Below are positions 36,466-47,957 of a stretch of DNA of 64,000 nucleotides, piece after piece. The notes under the pieces are model-generated. The model did not search any database, was not told the origin of the DNA, and saw nothing but the letters and a program-made list of their open reading frames with translations. The stretch lies in assembly GCA_000388065.2 (NCBI GenBank), contig KB932207.1, one strand, 5' to 3'. The stretch comes from Fonticula alba ATCC 38817 (Eukaryota > Protista > Nucleariida). Within the stretch, counting starts at the first letter, position 1. Each line of letters starts with the position of its first letter. Made by a program: the position numbers and the translations under genes.

Positions 36466-37377
36466 CTATCCAAACACCATCCCTTTGGGGCAACAATTCG
36501 GCCACGAAGACCAGACCGGAAGGGGGGCGGAGGGGGAAGTGCAGGGGGAGGGGGAGGGGGGGGCGACATGCAGGCAGGGGGAGGCAGGGGACAAAACGCG
36601 GAGGGGCGTTTCAGTTGGACAGAGAGTGAAGGCCGGCGTATGGTGTCAGTATGATGCATCACAGGTGTGGCAGCATGCGATCTTTTCCCGGGCCCCGGCC
36701 GCGGCGGTGGCCTGACACCTGCGCGTCGCCGGCTCGGGGCCCGAGCGCGAGGCCAAATGAGGGAGATACACGCACAGAAGAAGAAGGCCAGGAACACCAG
36801 AATCAGGAGGCCGATCATGAGGCGAATCTGCCGGATCGAATGGGGGGGGGGGGGGGGGGNNNNNNNNNNNNNNNNNNNNNNNNNNNNNNNNNNNNNNNNN
36901 NNNNNNNNNNNNNNNNNNNNNNNNNNNNNNNNNNNNNNNNNNNNNNNNNNNNNNNNNNNNNNNNNNNNNNNNNNNNNNNNNNNNNNNNNNNNNNNNNNGG
37001 GAAAGGGGACCTGGCAGAGGCCAGGCTTCCCGGCGGCCAGGGCGGGCAGGGGGGCAGGGGCGCACTTTCATCTTTTTCCAACGCATCTCCCTCCGGAGAG
37101 TGCGAGCCCGGTCGTTGAACTGACTTGACGTGTCGGCCAGATGGTCCGTCTGGGCGGCGATCTCCTCGAGCTGCTCGCCACGTCGGACGGCGCCCAAGAT
37201 ATTCCGCCGCATGCTGTCTGTCACCTCGGCCAGGTTGGATTGGATGTTTTCGATGAGCTGGTCCCCGGGGCCCGGGGCCACGGGCGAGAGGACATCCGAG
37301 TCGCTGAAGTCATCCTCCTCGTCTGTCGGGTGGTCGAGGAGATTGCGACTTTCGGCCGAGGTGCCGGGGGCGGACAT
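36466..37377 (-). CDS. R-SNARE of the synaptobrevin/VAMP family, VAMP4-like (3 exons)
   Basis: SNARE motif IENIQSNLAEVTDSMRRNILGAVRRGEQLEEIAAQTDHLADTSSQFNDRARTLRREMRWKKMK (zero-layer R in RGE). The TM helix IRLMIGLLILVFLAFFF|WMVFG* is completed by a 17-nt last exon (36482-36466). The N-terminus has ESRNLLD..DEEDDF. Confidence 0.9.
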
Positions 37378-38130
37378 GGGGATTGGAGCTGGGGCGAGGG
37401 AGGGGCTAGGGCCGGGACCGGGGCAAAGAGAAGTTGGTACGCGGAAGAGAGGCCGAGATGAGGTGGGGGGGGGGGAGGGGGGCAAGAGGAAACAGCAGAG
37501 GAGCAGGTGGTGGCCGACCCTCGGGCTAAGTGCCCCCTGGATCGGCCCTTCTTCAGACCAGGCCCAGGGGGGGGGGGGGGGCTACTCGCGTCCGGGCAGA
37601 TCGGGGTACTGTCCGGCTGTTTGAGATGCGTGCCGCCGCGCGCCTGTCTCTCCCGCGGGGGCCCGAGCCCTTTGGGGCCCATTTCTCAGTTAGTCACAAT
37701 TGGGGAGGAATAATAATAGTGTCTATATTTCGGGCGGCTCATCGGCTGCCGCACTTTTCCACCCAGTCCCCTCGTCTCCCCCTGGAATCGGGGGACCGAT
37801 TTTTGTGGCAGACGTCGCGAACAGGCGGCACACCTAATGCCAACGGACGGCGCCCCTGGCCGGTGGCCAGGCCTCCGCGGTCGAGATGCCGGGTTTTCTC
37901 CCGGCCCCTTTGTCCCCCCCCCCCCCCCTCGACTTGCCTGCCCCCCTGCCCCGGCCCCGCCCGCGCGCCGGCACAAAAAGCGAGGGCGGGCGCCTGGCCG
38001 AGGCCCGCCCCGAGAGGGCACCCAGCCTCGTCCCCTCTCGTCCCTCTCCCCCCCGCTCGCCGCTCCCCCCCCCCTGTCCCCTCGCCGCCCTTCTGCCCCT
38101 CTCCGCGTCTCCCCTTCCCCCTCGCCGCCC

Positions 38131-41100
38131 ATGTCGGTTTCTCCCTCTCCTGCCAGTGCGGCTGCGGCCGGCAAGGGCCCGCTTCCGGCGGGGAGCAAGT
38201 CCATCTCCTTCACCCGCTTTGCCCCATGCCCGGACGATGCGAACATCGGTGCGTGCTTCCACGGCCGCCGAGCCCTTCTCCCCACAGCCTTTGGCCCTCT
38301 CCTCCTGGGCGTCCTTGCCCCGCCCGGCCATCTGCCACGGTTGCGCCTTGGCCATCGAGCAACTTAGCGCCTCTGACCCCCCCCCCCCCCTTCCTCCGGG
38401 GCCGTGCCCTTCCCCTGGTCGACGGTCCCCATGTCGGCCCAGATGTTCTGACGATCTCCGGTGCGTCTTCCCGGGATCGCCCATGCTCTCAGCCCAAAGC
38501 ACGGTCCACTTCGCCAGGACACCTGCGCCACTTGTGCCACTTACACCGGCCCTTTGCCCCTTGCCCTGCCCATCTCCCAAGGCCTCACTCTGGATCAAGA
38601 CCAGGTGGAGGCCGTCGTCGGGCATCTGCGCTCGTCGTCCCCAGACCGCTCGGTCACCATTTCCTTCCACTGTGCGTCGCCCGCCCCGCCAGCCTCCGCC
38701 TGTCTCTCCCCCCGCCCGAGCGGGCTCGTGCTCACCGTGTCCATGTCTTCCCTTGCAGCGTGTCAGATTCGCGGCACCAAGGCCCATGCCTTCTTCACGC
38801 GCTTGGTCGAGGAGATCCGCGAGCATCGCATTCACACCCTCAATATCCACACTCTGGAGCTTGAACGTACGAAACGTCTCCCTGTCCTTTTTTTTTCCCC
38901 CCCGGCAACTCCCTCCCTCCATGTGCCCGGCCATGAAAACACCCTGGTCTAACTTCGTTTTGGCATTTTTCCCCATCCCCCGCTGGCAGGCAATACATTC
39001 GATCCGCTGGGCTTCCGGTTCTTTGCCTCGAATATCAGCCACATTGCCCCGGCCCTGGTCACTCTCTCGCTGCATTGTACGCTGCTCGCTCCAACGCGCG
39101 CATCTGCCCCGCATGCCGGGCCATTCACCTCCCTGCCTGTCGCGGTTGACACCTCCCCCCTCGTCGACCCACCCCAGTCAATCGCTTGACGGACAGCTGC
39201 CTGTCGCAGCTCTCGCGTTATGTGTTCGCCGCTGCGCGTGCCACCGTCCAGCACCTTTTCCTCAGTCGTGCGCGGTCCTCCCTCCCGTTCGCTTGCCCGC
39301 CCACATGCTGGCTTGTCTTGCTTCCTGGTGTTTGCCCTTCTCTGCCCTCCCTTCCCTGATGCTAACTGTCTGCCCGCTTCTCCGTCTCCCCCCTCCCCCC
39401 TTGCCCTCTTGGCCGACCAACGCGAACGTGAACATGTGCATAGAAAATGAGATTGGTGACTATGGTGTGCAAGTGCTGGCAGCCTCGCTGGGTCCGCATC
39501 TTCCCCTGCGCTCCCTCTCGCTGGCTGGTACGGACACACACACAAACACACACACACACACACATACACCCGAGCATGCTTTTTCCGCCCTTCCCTCGGA
39601 TCCCGCGCGCCATTCTGCTCTGCCCCTCAGGCTCTCGCCCTCTGACTTCGTATTACCCAAGGCAATGAGATCACCGACAAGGGCTGTGTGGCCCTGGCGG
39701 CCGCCTGCAGGTCGCTTGGCCAACTCCAGCTCCTGGACTTGAGCAGTGCGTCATCCATGCGATCTTTCCCCGGTTTTCTGGCCTCCCCCTGCTGACCCCC
39801 CGCCGGACTGCTCACCTCTATCGCCGGTGTACGCCCACAGCCAATTCCATCGAGGAGCAGGGCATCGCCGCCTTGGCCATGCTGCTGGATGCCTCGCCCT
39901 CCCTTTCCTGCCTGCGTCTGGCTGGCAACGATTGTCGGAATCGGTCGGCCCTGCAGGGGCTTGTCGACGCGGCGACCAAGCACCGCGCCCGCGTCACCGA
40001 GCTGGACATTTCCAGTACGTCGTCACCGGCCCCCAGCAATCGCCCCTCTTCACGCGCGCGCCTACACACACACACGCACACGCACACGCACACGCACACG
40101 CACACGCACACNNNNNNNNNNNNNNNNNNNNNNNNNNNNNNNNNNNNNNNNNNNNNNNNNNNNNNNNNNNNNNNNNNNNNNNNNNNNNNNNNNNNNNNNN
40201 NNNNNNNNNNNNNNNNNNNNNNNNNNNNNNNNNNNNNNNNNNNNNNNNNNNNNNNNNNNNNNNNNNNNNNNNNNNNNNNNNNNNNNNNNNNNNNNNNNNN
40301 NNNNNNNNNNNNNNNNNNNNNNNNNNNNNNNNNNNNNNNNNNNNNNNNNNNNNNNNNNNNNNNNNNNNNNNNNNNNNNNNNNNNNNNNNNNNNNNNNNNN
40401 NNNNNNNNNNNNNNNNNNNNNNNNNNNNNNNNNNNNNNNNNNNNNNNNNNNNNNNNNNNNNNNNNNNNNNNNNNNNNNNNNNNNNNNNNNNNNNNNNNNN
40501 NNNNNNNNNNNNNNNNNNNNNNNNNNNNNNNNNNNNNNNNNNNNNNNNNNNNNNNNNNNNNNNNNNNNNNNNNNNNNNNNNNNNNNNNNNNNNCGCGCGC
40601 GCGCGCGCACACACACACACACACACAGTCCGCAGTCGGTCAAGCTCTCGCTTCCATCATCGGACTGACCCTTTGTCCTGTACTGCCCTCCTGACTTCTT
40701 GGCACGCGTGCCCCCGTCGTCCACAGACACCGGCCTCGATGGGGAGGTGCAAATCCCCGAAGGCACGGGCAACATCCTTAGCAAGGGCAGCAAGCTCCAG
40801 GCTGCCGAGCCGGGCCCGACGTCCGAGCCGGCGACCCCGGGCCCGGGGCCCATGTTTTCCGAGCTGTCCATCATGCGCGGGGCCGGAGCTCCGGGCCCGG
40901 GGATGTCGGCTGCCGCGGCGGTGGCCACCCCGCCCCTGGGGCCACTTCCCTCTGAGCGGTTCCTTCGCCGGCGGACCAAGAGCCAGGCCGGCGCACGGAG
41001 CATGTCCCGGGAGTTCCTTCGTCGGCTGACTAACGACGGGACATTGGAGCCGCCACCGGGCCCCCCTGCCACGCCGGCCGCCTTGGCCACTGTCACCGGA

Positions 41101-43541
41101 CCGGCTGGCTCGGCTGCCAGCCACCCGGCCGCCGCGCCATCGCCCGTGCTCCCGGGGCTGAAGTCCGCCACCGAGCCGCTGGGCGATCGCATTAGCGTCG
41201 GCATGCCGCTCTTTTCCACGGGGCTCCTGTCGAGCTCGGCTTCGGGGGCCGCTCCCGAGAGCCTGCTGGTCATCGGTGGCGGTGGTGGAGGGAGCTTCTC
41301 CGGTGTGAAGAATGGCATCGTGCGTGTCTCCTCCTCCTCCTCCTCCTCCTCCCTCCTCCCCCGGCGGCCGGCCTGCCGCCGAGTGGCGTTTTCTCTCCCT
41401 CCCTCCCGCCCCCTCCCTTTTGCTTTTGCCTTTCTCCCTCATGGTCGCCCCGGGGCCCCTTTTTTCATTTCTTGCCCGCTTGATTCATTCACTTACCTAT
41501 TCCCTTGTCTGTTGGCCTTCCCTCCCCCCCCCCTCGCCTCCCCTCCTTCGCCCTGCGCTCTTCCCCTGTGCAGATCTCCCTCGACGTGTCGGAGGCCGAG
41601 GCCGTGGCCAATGGCGCGCGGTCCCACGTGAAAGCCGGCTTCCGGACGTCCACCGGCAGCCAGGTGGTCCAGTGCATGGCGGTCAGCGATGAATGCCAGT
41701 TGGTGGCCTGCGGCCTGGATGCCATGCTCCAGCTTTACGCCTACTCGCCAAGCGGGTGCGCAAATCCCTCTCCCCCTCCTCGCCTGCCGCTGATTCCCTG
41801 GCCCGTGCTCACGGTTCCCCTTCTCCCCTGCCTCTCGCCGGGCCTCCTCTGATCTCTTCCCCCCCCCCTCTTGGCGGTACGCGCAGTATGAAGAGCATTG
41901 GCATGGCTCTGGCCAATCAGGAGGTCCACCAGAAGAACACCTCCGGCTATTTGGTGCGCATCGGTCACACGGCCCTCGGGCGGGTGGATGCTTCGCCCTT
42001 CTTCCTGGCCTGGCGGCCGCGCACACGCTGACCCGTGCACCCCCCNNNNNNNNNNNNNNNNNNNNNNNNNNNNNNNNNNNNNNNNNNNNNNNNNNNNNNN
42101 NNNNNNNNNNNNNNNNNNNNCCCCGCGCGGGCGGATCCTGGCCACGGGCGGCACCGACGGCAAGGTGTCCCTCTGGCTGTGCAACAACACCACCTCGCCC
42201 GACTACCAGGGCCACGACCCGGCCCTGCACCTGCTGGTTCGGCTGAGCCTGCCGGAGGCCGACGGGTCGGAGACAGCCGCCCCGCTGGAGATCGACCATC
42301 TGGCCTTTGCCGCGGTGCCGACCGCCTCGGGAGCCGGCCCCAATGATCCGGACTCGCCGCTGGGCCGGACAGCCGAGGAGCTGGTCCTGGTGGCGGTGAC
42401 GCGGCACTTGCAGCTCTTTTGGCATGTGCGGTCCTTCTTCCCGGAGGGCACGGACCCCGAGGCCCGGGCATCTTGCCTGGCCCCCGTGGAGTCGGTGCAA
42501 ATCAGCTCGCTGATCTTCCGCATGGCCATCCCGGCGCTGAAGCCCGGCCAGTCGACCAGCAGCCGGATGTGGATGCGCACGTGCAGCCTCATCCCCGGGC
42601 CCTACCCGGACACGGTGGATGTGCTGACCGCCTTCAACCGGGCCGACCGGAAGTTCAGCGAGCTGACCCTCTCACGGCTGTCCCTGCGCCGGCAGGTGTC
42701 CGCCCGGACCATCTCCGTGGCCGGGCCGTCGCCGGAGATCCGCGGCCTGGACCCGGATGGTCACCCGACCCAGCAGCCGGCCCTGGCACCGGTCCTCCAC
42801 CAGGAGGATGTCGTCATGAGCATGGCCCCGGTCACTTCGTGCGCCATCCGGTCGAAGCTCATCTCGGCGGCCAGTGTGCCGCGCCTGCTGGCGGTCGAGT
42901 CACTGGCGGGTGGCGGCATCCGCCGGGAGTACTACGCCGGGCTGGGCTTGAGCGACGGGTCGGTTAGCCTGGCCCGGCTGGTGGTCGATGCTCCGGCCTG
43001 GCAGGCCTCCTTTGTCGAGCGTGGGTGGGTTGTCGGCCAGGCGTCCATCGAGCTGGTGGCCTCGAAGCTGGGCCTGCACGACCTGCCCATCAGCTCTGTG
43101 GCCATGCGGCCTCGGGTCGTGGGGCTGGGGAAGAGTGCGCCGCCGGGGGCCGCCGGGGCCGCCGAGGCCGCCACCGCCGCCACCGCCGCGTCGCTGACCC
43201 TGGAGCGCTTCGATGTGGCCCTCTTCACGGTGTCCCCGGACTCGACCCTCCGGCTGACCGAGCTGTCGGTCCCCGGGTACCGGGCAGATCGGCGCCGGGC
43301 TGCCCTCCTGCGCGCGGCGCTCTACACTCTGGTGGGGCTGCTGGTGTTGGGGCTGGTGGTGGCACTGGTCCTGTTGGTGGCCGCCGATCCCGAGGGCGTT
43401 GGGGCCCTGGTGGCGGCTGCGCGCTCGGCTCTCGGCTTGTCGGCTGGCACCGACATCGCAGGGCCGGTCTCCCCGGTCCCCACCCCGGCCCTGGCCCAGC
43501 TGCCTGGCTTCGATGCTGGCCATCTCCACGCGGAGCTCTGA
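38131..43541 (+). CDS. SEC12: Sec12/PREB (Sar1 GEF, WD40 + TM), apparently fused to an N-terminal RI-type LRR domain
   Basis: Sec12 part: GMPLF…LLVIGGGGGGSFSGVKNGI (K-loop GGGGxxxxGxxN), LATGGTDGKVSLW, TM LYTLVGLLVLGLVVALVLLVAA, lumenal tail ending HAEL*. The LRR exons (38131-40014) contain NEIGDYGVQVLAASL, NEITDKGCVALA and NSIEEQGIAALA. The phase-1 donor at 40015 matches the phase-1 acceptor at 40726. Sec12 identity is high confidence; the fusion is moderate because the intron contains an N gap. Confidence 0.8.
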
Positions 43542-44090
43542 ATCACACTTCCAGGCCGGGAAGTCGGACCCTCCAATGGGCGAGAAGCAGGCACACACAC
43601 TCAGGCACACACACACGCAGACACACACACAGACACACAAACACACACACACACATACGTGTGCATGTGGGCAATTCGGACCTCAGCCTGGACTTCTGCG
43701 CCCCTCCTGGCGTTTAGATGCACCTCTCCCTGCGTTTGTCACCGCACTGTGCTGTCGCCCGCCCGGCTCGCCCTTCGGAAATGGATAGTAATAGTTTCAC
43801 ACCCCTCCCCGCGTGTACTTGTGTGTGTGTGTGTGTATGTACAACCAGGGGAAACAAGGATGCGGGGAACGCCAATGGGATGGCATGTGCAGAGCAGGTA
43901 ATTAATTCAGGGGCCAGGACCGCGGCGGCCGACCAGGAGGGGGAGGGGAGGGCAGTCTAGGCAGCGGGAGTGGACCCTGGTGTGACAGGAAGGGGAGGAG
44001 GGGGGGGGGGGGGAGTACAGGAAAGCCGATCGCCGGCCGGGGGGCGGACCACCGGGCGGCCGCACACCAGCGCGCCTCCCCGAGCGGCAT

Positions 44091-45786
44091 CTAGTCCTTG
44101 ATCATCTCGCGGCCAACGATGACCTTCATGATCTCGTTGGTGCCCTCAAGGATCTGGTGGACGCGGGTGTCGCGCATGTACTGCTGCACCGGATAGTCCT
44201 TCAGGTAGCCGTAGCCGCCATGGAGCTGGAGAGCCTCATTGCAGATGTCGAAGCACCGGTCGGTGGCAAACTGCTTGGCCATGGCGCAGTAGGCGGTCAC
44301 ATTGATGGAGGGCGCCGAGAGGCTGGCGTCCGCGGCCGCGGCATTCTTCTCATCCAGAAGCTGGGCCGCGCGGTGAACCATCAGCCGCGAGGCGGTCAGC
44401 TGGCCGGCCATCTCGGCCAGCTTGAACTGCGTGTTCTGGAAGGCCGCCACCGGGCCGCCAAACTGCTGGCGCTCCTTGGTGTAGGAGACCGCCGCGTCCA
44501 GGGCCGCCTGGGCGCCACCGAGCGAGCAGCTGGCGATGTTCAGCCGCCCGCCATCAAGGCCGCTCATGGCGATCTTGAAGCCGGTCCCCTCGTCGCTCAG
44601 GCGGTTGGCCACCGGGACCCGGGCATCCTCCAGGGTGACCGTGCGCGTCGGCTGGCAGGACCAGCCAACCTTGGCCTCCAGCCCGCCGAAGGACAGGCCC
44701 TGCTCCATCTCGGTGCGGTCGACCACCACGCAGGAGATGCCCTTGGGGCCGGGCTGCCCGGTACGCGACATGATCACATAGATGTCGCTGAAGCCGGCGC
44801 CACTGATGAACATCTGGGCGCATGTGCAGATGGCCGGTCAGTGGGGGGGGGGGGGGGAAGCAGGAGGAGGGAGGGCCGGACAGCGGGCAGACATGCGAGC
44901 ACATCGGCACGCGGTACGCCTCGGTGCACGGAAGACACACGGGAGTGGGGGGACAGCGCTACCCGAGAGTGGAAAGGCCAGGAGGATGAATGTGAAAGGC
45001 CCTCCGGCAGGGGCGCACCTTGGAGCCGTTCATGATGTAGTGGTCGCCATCCCGCTTGGCCGAGAGCTTCAGATTGCCGGCATCACTGCCATTGCCGGGC
45101 TCGGTCAGGCAGTAGGAGGCGAATTTCTGCGCATGCACATGGGGAATGGGTGAGTTTTCCAGAACGGCCCAAGAGAGCCAGCATCGCGGGGCGCAGGTGC
45201 CAACCGGCAGGGAAGCCAAGAGAGCAGGCCGCCGGACGTGTGGTGCGCACCTTCATAGACACAAGATCCGGCAGGTACTTGGCGCGCTGCTCCTCCGAGC
45301 CGAAGGCATCAATCATCCAGACGCACATGCTGGGAGGCGGGAAGAGATGGGAGGCCGAGGGGACAACGAGGGGGAGCCGGGGCAGGAAGAGGAGGCGGGG
45401 GAGCAGACAAGCAATCCAGAGGGTTAGGATGGGGGGGGGGGGGGGGGGGGGATGGGGGGGGGGGAGGGGGGGGGGGGGGGGGGGGGGGGGAGGAGCAAGA
45501 TGAAATGTGGGTAAGTATGGCGAGCCGATCGTCGAGCATTCCAGGCCCTCCACCACGCCCGGCGGGGGGGGGGGGGGGGGGCGGGGATCGGGGTGATGGC
45601 ACAGCAATGCCGGCAGCCAGCATGGCGCACTTGTGGATCGACAGGTAGGCCGAGGTGGCAACACAGCCAGTGGACAGGGCCTCGAAGATGATTGAGGCAT
45701 CAAGGCGACTAAGATCCGACCCGCCGTACTTGCCGCTGGCGTAGATGCCTGAAGGGGGGCGATGGTCAGCAAGAGGGCTGCATGGC

Positions 45787-45826
<40 letters not shown>

Positions 45827-46313
45827 GGAGAGAGAGGGGGGGGGGATAGAGCAGGCAAAGAGGGCAAGGAGGGCCCTGGCCGCACCGCCGAACCCCATGC
45901 TGGCCAGGGTGCGCAGGGTGTCCACGGGGAACTCCTCCTTCAGATCCCAGCGGGCCATGTTGGGGGCCATCTCGTTGCGGGCGAAGTCCAACGCCAGGTT
46001 CTGGATGGACAGCTGCTCCTCGGTGAGGCCATCGCTCACTGTGTAATGCGGGTGTTGCGTTTGGAAAGCAGGTGGAGGGGGGCCAAGCCCGGCGGATGGG
46101 GTCAGTCTCTCGAGGGCAGGGCCGCGGGGCGGGCCAAAGGCAAAGAGAGGGCCCGGGGATGGGATGCCGGCGCTTGGAAAGCCCAGCGCCCCGGGAGGGG
46201 AGCAGAGACGCACGGGTGCTCAGGGAGCGGGTGGCCACGGCGGGGCGGGCGAGGGCGAGGGCGGCGCGCGCGCCAGTCGTGCGGGCGAGGCCAGAGACAG
46301 AGCGCGAAAGCAT
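44091..46313 (-). CDS. ACAD8: Isobutyryl-CoA dehydrogenase, mitochondrial (6 exons)
   Basis: Presequence [16 protein letters not shown]…, then [108 protein letters not shown]. All splice phases are consistent. Confidence 0.95.
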
Positions 46314-46868
46314 GATCAGGTGCGAGGAGGGGAGCGGGGCAAGGGGGAAAGAGAAATCCGTGCGGCGAGGGGAAGAGAGCCGAGGAGGGGGGTGCCACAA
46401 TATGCCACCCGGCTCCCGTGCCCTGCCCCGGCTCTTGAGAAGGCGCTTGCGGGGCGTATCGACCCGGAGGACCGACAAGACCCGGGGCGCGCCGGGCGGC
46501 ACATCGCTTCCGGTGGGGGGAGGGGGGGGAAGATGAGGCCCAGCCCGGCAAGGCGCTTTCTCCCTGCGGGTGGGGTGCATACGCACGGGCCCCCGAGCTG
46601 CCAACCGCAGGGCGGTCCCCTTGGTGAAAGGAGGGGCCCGGGGCGCGGGGCCATTTGCGGAGGATTTGCCGCTCGCCAGCGAACAATCCATTGGGACCCG
46701 GCCGATGGACGCCCGGCCAGGGCACGCCTGCCTGCAACACTTGCCGGGGCCGGGGCTGGGGCCACCCTCGAAAGGACTCACGGAGCGCACACCGGGACGG
46801 AGATTATCCCCACCAAAGACGCCTGATCTTCGAGGTGGGGGGTGGACCGGGCACGGAGCGTGATCTAA

Positions 46869-46873
46869 CCAAT
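46869..46873 (+). promoter_or_regulatory. CCAAT box in the ACAD8/Duo1-like divergent promoter
   Basis: AACCAATCG. Similar CCAATC motifs occur at 58786 and 63092, and a reverse ATTGG at 15969, in other upstream regions. Confidence 0.4.
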
Positions 46874-47137
46874 CGGCGGGCTCACCACTTTTGATGGCGA
46901 TCCAAACGCCCCCCTCAGGGGATGCTGGCCGCTCGGCCGGCCCCACTCGAGAGGCACTTCCCCGAGATCCGGCTCCCGACACCGCCACCACCATCACTAT
47001 CACCACCTCGCCCTCTCCTGCCGCCGGACTCCGGCTGCTTGCTTCGATTCTCCCCGTTCCCGCCGCTGCGTGCATTCCCCGCGCGGTCCTTTTTGCTCGT
47101 TGCGTGCGCGACCGGTGCACGCCCACCGCCATTGGCC

Positions 47138-47523
47138 ATGGCCACCCCCCATCGCGAGCCCCCCCTACCGGGTGAAACCATCGTGGCCACCACGGGCAGC
47201 GAGCAGCGAATCCTGCAGGAGCTCGACCTGGTGCGGCATGCTCGCCATCCCCCGGCACCCCCCCCCCTCGCCGAGATGCCCGTGCACCCTGCATGTCCTC
47301 CCCGGCTCCCGGCGCCTCCTGTCTAACATCAGTTGCCCCCCCCCTCCCCCCGCAGCTGACCAAACACACGACCGCCCTGCTTGAGGCCGTTGTGACGCAA
47401 ACCCGCTTGACGGATGCCCTGCTGGACCGGATGACCAGTGCCCGGACCCTGACCGCCAGCTGGCAGCGCTTTCTTTCGGACAATGTGGCTCGCGCGCCGG
47501 CCGGCCCCATGGCCGACCCCTAG
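47138..47523 (+). CDS. Small 86-aa coiled-coil protein, Duo1-like (DASH/Dam1 kinetochore complex) (2 exons: 47138-47230, 47356-47523)
   Basis: [31 protein letters not shown]|[13 protein letters not shown]…[19 protein letters not shown]…*. The intron is a phase-0 GTGCGG…CAG. 'A.TL…W.R.LS' matches the Duo1 core (e.g. NASTLLNTWTRILS) by eye. Confidence 0.65.
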
Positions 47524-47957
47524 CCGGGCATGCTGGAGGACTTGGCACGACAAGAAGAAACAAAGGCCAGGAAGAAAGACACGTCTATCTGTGTGGCACA
47601 CACACGCACACATAGCCAAAAGAAAACACCCACCAGGGGCCGAAAATACATCTAAAAATGAGTCCACCAAAGGCGGGACGGAGCCGCGCGAGACCGCATA
47701 GGTGGGGTGGAAGGTGGTTGTTTTTATTCCGGAAAGGCGGGGGACAGGTTGGGGGGGGGGGGGCAAAGGAGAAGCGGCGGCGACAGCGGCAGCAGCGGAA
47801 GCGACAACAGTCGCAGGGAACGGGGGGAGCCTCGCACTTCGGGGGACCCCGATGACGCCGGAGGGGCGGCGAAGGAGGGGGGCGAGCGCGACAGCGGCAC
47901 CCACATGTGTGCGCAGGGATGCAGGTGCGCGGGGCAGGGGGGGGGGGGGGAAGAGAC

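Noticed and set aside
45309-47510. 733-aa minus-strand ORF overlapping ACAD8
   Set aside because: Read-through of the promoter, ACAD8 exon 1 and introns; only the MLSRSV… exon and one internal exon are real coding sequence.
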